NCBI GenBank assembly: GCA_965637545.1
Contig: OZ281494.1
Coordinates: 9,548,001-9,612,000 of the forward strand
Direction of reading: 5' to 3'
Source: Phallusia mammillata
Taxonomy: Eukaryota
DNA length: 64,000 nucleotides
Position 1 is the first letter of the stretch; each line of letters starts with the position of its first letter. Made by a program: the position numbers and the translations under genes. The notes under the pieces are model-generated. The model worked only from the letters and a program-made list of their open reading frames with translations, did not search any database and had not been told where the DNA came from. This document shows, one piece after another, positions 60,498 to 64,000 of the stretch.

Positions 60498-61009
60498 ATG
60501 CATCGTCAAGTTCGTTCGGGGAAAACTATTTTCGCTGAAATCACTCGTCGACATGTAGTGGAAGGTAAATGCTTTGTGCTTACCCCGAGGATTGTCAGGG
60601 GAGTGACTGATTGTTTTTTGCAGATACCCGCTTACGCTGTGCAACGCTGAGTGTGCGTTTGGGAAAAGGATTGTACCTCGACTGCGACCAACTGAAACAA
60701 CTCGTAACCTACCTGTTCGAAGGTCTACCATATCTTCTGGCATTTCCGAAATCGGCAAACAACGGCTATTTCCGTGTGCAAATAATTTACTGTTCGGATC
60801 CAAATTCTCAAATCCAGGCCCGTGTTGATGAAATAACGACCGAATCTAAATTAATGAATGCGGAAGTGCTTTTCAAAGAAAACATTCTGTTTGCCCCGGT
60901 GTCATACTTGAAACCTGTTATTTCCAATACATCATGTTATGAATCTCACGCAATCGATTCAAGGGAAATCAAAAATGTAGAAAAACTGTTTCGAGAATCG
61001 CGCCTATAA
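60498..61009 (+). CDS. Polinton ORF of unknown function, two exons (60498-60564, 60624-61009), ~150 aa
   Basis: A 59-nt intron GAAG|GTAAAT...GACTGATTGTTTTTTGCAG|AT (phase 1, branch-like CTGAT) joins MHRQVRSGKTIFAEITRRHVVE to DTRLRCATL... in frame. Confidence 0.55.
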
Positions 61010-61066
61010 AATGGCGATCTAGCTATTTCTTCTTTCATTTTGTGTTCGCTTTGAAAGGATTTTGAC

Positions 61067-61678
61067 ATGTGTGCTCAATTTAAACATCCTTCAACCATTG
61101 TGATATCGGGTCCTAGTCAATCAGGGAAAAGCGTATTCGCATTTAAACTGATACAAAATATAAAACAAGTATTTGATCCCGTTCCGAAAAACATTTATTG
61201 GTTTTACGGTGAATTTCAAGATTCGTTTCGCAATTTTCCCGATGTACAGTTTAAAGAAGGATTAAATGAATTAAATTATCTCAAACAAGATTCTTTGTGT
61301 GTTATCGACGATTTGATGACAGAGTGCAATGAAAAAATCTCTAATCTATTTACCAGGGGATCGCATCATAGAAAGTTGACAGTTGTTTACCTGATTCAAA
61401 ACCTTTTCCACAAGGGCCGCGAGCATAGAACCACATCGTTAAACGCTCATTATATTGTTTTATTTAAAAATCCACGGGATAGTTCTCAAATACAAGTTCT
61501 AGCTCGGCAAATGTATCCGGGCAATACAAAGGCCCTAATCGAAGCGTTTCGCGAATCAACAGGAATTCCTCATGGATATCTATTACTAGACTTGCGTCAA
61601 GAGACACCGGAAAACTTGCGGTTACGCACCGGAGCGTTTCGGGACGAAACCCATTACGTTTACATTCCAAAGACTTAA
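61067..61678 (+). CDS. A32/FtsK-HerA-type DNA packaging ATPase
   Basis: Walker A GPSQSGKS, Walker B CVIDD, then RGSHHRKLTVVYLIQN...SLNAHYIVLFKNPRD, typical of Polinton ATPases. Confidence 0.9.
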   Translation: MCAQFKHPSTIVISGPSQSGKSVFAFKLIQNIKQVFDPVPKNIYWFYGEFQDSFRNFPDVQFKEGLNELNYLKQDSLCVIDDLMTECNEKISNLFTRGSHHRKLTVVYLIQNLFHKGREHRTTSLNAHYIVLFKNPRDSSQIQVLARQMYPGNTKALIEAFRESTGIPHGYLLLDLRQETPENLRLRTGAFRDETHYVYIPKT

Positions 61679-61715
61679 ATTCGAATGCATTTGCGTTTGT
61701 GCGTCATTTTACAGC

Positions 61716-62066
61716 ATGCCGTCGACCTTGATACAAAAACATAAGCAGGCTTTGCAAGCTCTGGCGAAAGGCGACGCAAGAGTTCGTCATTTAATTTTAA
61801 ACGGCTGTGACAAGACTCTGGTGAACTGTTTGAGCGAGTGCGCAGACAATATCCTGCGAGGAAACGTACCGCTAAGTTCCGTTGAAAAGAAACGATTGAA
61901 ACCCTATCGTCAAAAACTTCGTTGTCTCGCCAAAAAACAAACCCCCTTTCTCAAAAAGAAGAAATTGATTAACCAAAAAGGAGGCTTCCTTTCTGCAATT
62001 CTTGTGCCATTATTAGGAAGTGTTTTGCCGAGTCTGGTTGGAGGCATAAGCAAGTTGTTTAAGTGA
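61716..62066 (+). CDS. Small basic Polinton virion-type protein ending QKGG|FLSAILVPLLGS (amphipathic tail)
   Basis: 116 aa. The pattern ECAxNILRGNVPL...KKLRxLA...QKGGFL is recurrent in Polinton/adintovirus small ORFs. The GG|F site resembles an adenain cleavage motif (inference). Confidence 0.7.
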   Translation: MPSTLIQKHKQALQALAKGDARVRHLILNGCDKTLVNCLSECADNILRGNVPLSSVEKKRLKPYRQKLRCLAKKQTPFLKKKKLINQKGGFLSAILVPLLGSVLPSLVGGISKLFK

Positions 62067-62677
62067 TGTCCGTGCAAAAAATGATGCTCATTGACCCACG
62101 CATGTACCGCGATTCGACCACAAAAGTACTATCACGACTTGATGCTGACATGGAACAGATTTTAAATCGGAACGATTTGACGGATCAAGAAAAAATCTCG
62201 CAATACCAGGAAGTGTTGGAAAAGTATTTGCTGTTTCACCAGAAACTCGAGAAGCCCCTGGCACTCCCTATCGTACGCAACCCCGCACCTGCAATTCAAA
62301 ACAAAGCGCTGAAAACGGACAATCTCGCCGAGCAAACAACTCACTCTATAGCAAAGCCATTCGATGACGCAGCGGAAATGATTGTAACAAGCGCGCCCAA
62401 AGCTCTGCAGAAAAAGGCTCGATCACTATTAGATCACTTAAAGCAGAACAACATAAATTGGGACGCGCACAAACAACTGATCTACAATGATCAAGTGATC
62501 ACCGGAAGCAATATCGTCTTGGTTCAAGACGCTCTTCGTAAGCGTAAGAATGTAGATCCAATCGGTTGGAAAACATTTGCTGAAATCCTGAAAGAAACCA
62601 ACACACCCGAATATATCGTCGGAAACAAAGACCGCTTCAATTTTACCAAAACGAATCCAAGTTGGAAAACCTATTAA
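62066..62677 (+). CDS. Conserved Polinton accessory protein of unknown function
   Basis: 203 aa from the ATG. The motif INW...LIYNDQVITGSNIV..LVQDALRKRK...PIGWKTF..IL..N.P..IVGN is seen in Polinton ORFs upstream of integrase. The ATG overlaps the previous stop (TGATG). Confidence 0.7.
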   Translation: MSVQKMMLIDPRMYRDSTTKVLSRLDADMEQILNRNDLTDQEKISQYQEVLEKYLLFHQKLEKPLALPIVRNPAPAIQNKALKTDNLAEQTTHSIAKPFDDAAEMIVTSAPKALQKKARSLLDHLKQNNINWDAHKQLIYNDQVITGSNIVLVQDALRKRKNVDPIGWKTFAEILKETNTPEYIVGNKDRFNFTKTNPSWKTY

Positions 62678-63708
62678 TGGAAAAGATATACTACACACCC
62701 TCTCAGGCGGGGAGTTTGGGCGGCGTTGATGCCTTGCATCGCTACAGCAAACAAAACCGATCCGATGTGAAACAATGGCTTTCAGGAAGCAGGGCTTATA
62801 CCTTGCACAGAACTGCGCGACGTCACTTTCCTCGCAGAAAAGTGGTTGTAGGGGGAATGGGCCAACTCTTTCAAGCCGATCTAATCGATATGAAGCGATT
62901 GGCTCGTTTCAACGATAATGTAAAATTTCTGTTGACCAACATTGATGTTTTTTCAAAGGTGGCGTATGTCATTCCTTTGCGCAATAAAACTTCTAGCTCC
63001 GTGGTGAAAGGCTTTTCCAGCATCCTTGAACAAACAAAGCCTTGCAAACTTCAAACAGACCTTGGCAGTGAATTCATATCAAAACCATTTCAAGCTTTGT
63101 TAAAAAAGCACGGCATTGGTTTTTACAGTACTTTTAACGCCGAGACAAAGGCTTCTGTGGTCGAACGTTTTAATCGCACAATTAAAAGCAAGCTATTTCG
63201 ATACATGACCGCGCAAAACACCCATCGCTATATTGATGTACTTGACGACCTTGTTCACTCCTATAATACATCCTATCATCGTGCAATCGGGCGAGCTCCA
63301 TTGGAAGTAAGTGACTGCAATCAGGAAATTGTCTTCCAGAAACTCTATGGCCATCCTGAACCTTTGACCCGACAACGATTTAAACCGGGTGATGCTGTTA
63401 GAATTTCTAAGTTCAAAAAGGTTTTTGGAAAAGGGTACGTTTCGCAGTGGAGCGAAGAATATTTTCATGTAAAACAGCGGCAGCCCGGCGAACCTCCAAC
63501 TTACACGCTATCAGATCTAAACGGGGAACTCTTGCAGGGGACGTTTTACGAAGCGGAACTGCAAAAAATAACTCCGCCGGAAACATTTCAAATTGAAAAA
63601 ATAATAAAGCGAAGAAGAAATAAATTATACGTTAAATGGAAAGATTATTCGCATGATTTCGATAGTTGGATCCCGGCGTCAAGCGTTCAACATGCCAGTG
63701 GTCACTAA
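62677..63708 (+). CDS. Retroviral-like (c-int) integrase with C-terminal chromodomain
   Basis: FQADLIDM, LTNIDVFSK, LQTDLGSEF, ASVVERFNRTIK (DDE core); C-terminal FQIEKIIKRR..KLYVKWKDYSHDFDSWI chromodomain. The ATG overlaps the previous stop (TAATG). Confidence 0.92.
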   Translation: MEKIYYTPSQAGSLGGVDALHRYSKQNRSDVKQWLSGSRAYTLHRTARRHFPRRKVVVGGMGQLFQADLIDMKRLARFNDNVKFLLTNIDVFSKVAYVIPLRNKTSSSVVKGFSSILEQTKPCKLQTDLGSEFISKPFQALLKKHGIGFYSTFNAETKASVVERFNRTIKSKLFRYMTAQNTHRYIDVLDDLVHSYNTSYHRAIGRAPLEVSDCNQEIVFQKLYGHPEPLTRQRFKPGDAVRISKFKKVFGKGYVSQWSEEYFHVKQRQPGEPPTYTLSDLNGELLQGTFYEAELQKITPPETFQIEKIIKRRRNKLYVKWKDYSHDFDSWIPASSVQHASGH

Positions 63709-63925
63709 GATTTGTGCATCTTCTGGTAAAATTGTCTTCATTTGCCAAATAATTCTAATTTATGGTGTTGTGATTGCCAGCATATTCAATATTTCATCGC
63801 CTCAGCAAACAGAAAAACAGCTTTGGATATCCTTGTTGTCGAGTTGCTTAGGTTACCTGTTACCGAACCCGAAACTGAAGTTCAAAAGGAATGCAGCAAT
63901 TCAACCTAGCCCTGCCGAGCAATAG
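63692..63925 (+). CDS. Small two-helix membrane protein of the Polinton
   Basis: 77 aa with two hydrophobic segments and a WISLLSSCLGYLLPNP motif. It overlaps the end of the integrase. Confidence 0.6.
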   Translation: MPVVTKICASSGKIVFICQIILIYGVVIASIFNISSPQQTEKQLWISLLSSCLGYLLPNPKLKFKRNAAIQPSPAEQ

Positions 63926-64000
63926 CAGCTTGGATTTTTATCCGGATAATACAGTGACAAAATACACCACCCGCTTGCCTAGGTCGTTTGCACTACAAGG
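63891..64000 (+). CDS. N-terminus of a probable minor capsid (penton-like) protein, truncated by the window end
   Basis: MQQFNLALPSNSSLDFYPDNTVTKYTTRLPRSFALQG matches the FxLxLPSNSS..FPxNT..(F/Y)xTxLP..L.G start common to Polinton minor capsid ORFs. Confidence 0.65.
   Translation, partial: MQQFNLALPSNSSLDFYPDNTVTKYTTRLPRSFALQ

Larger units (their letters stand above)
53447..64000. mobile_element. Polinton/Maverick (adintovirus-like) element, left ~10.5 kb; continues beyond the window
   Basis: Starts AGTAGT exactly where homology to the paralogous host intron (44409-44414 CAAATT) stops. Encodes pPolB, packaging ATPase, retroviral-type integrase with chromodomain and the start of a penton-like ORF. 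Confidence 0.95.

Overview
AT-rich eukaryotic genomic DNA with short GT-AG introns, most likely from an ascidian tunicate (inferred from the Ciona-like Nova protein and the LRR-less LDLa-GPCRs). Left to right: 3' exons of seipin (+); a stum homolog (+) with a decayed Penelope-like element in one intron; Nova (-) with two alternative first exons and a candidate 93-nt cassette exon; an intact Bel/Pao LTR retrotransposon (627-bp LTRs identical by eye, TSD TAGGC) about 390 bp upstream of the Nova exon-1a ATG; nested MITEs; a RIPK/TKL-like kinase with a C-terminal membrane anchor (+); two Ly6/uPAR GPI-protein genes (-) head-to-head with a tandem array of LDLa-repeat GPCRs (+, three copies and one inverted decayed fragment, with a 200-N gap). 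From 53447 to the window end lies a Polinton/Maverick (adintovirus-like) element inserted in intron 1 of the third GPCR copy. The most striking observations are in this element. Its protein-primed DNA polymerase gene is split by three canonical spliceosomal introns. Four of its start codons sit directly behind 3' splice acceptors, suggesting SL trans-splicing or a spliced leader. Its left end is built of telomere-like CCCTAA repeats. All gene models were derived by hand. Several 1-nt homopolymer frameshifts may be assembly errors.
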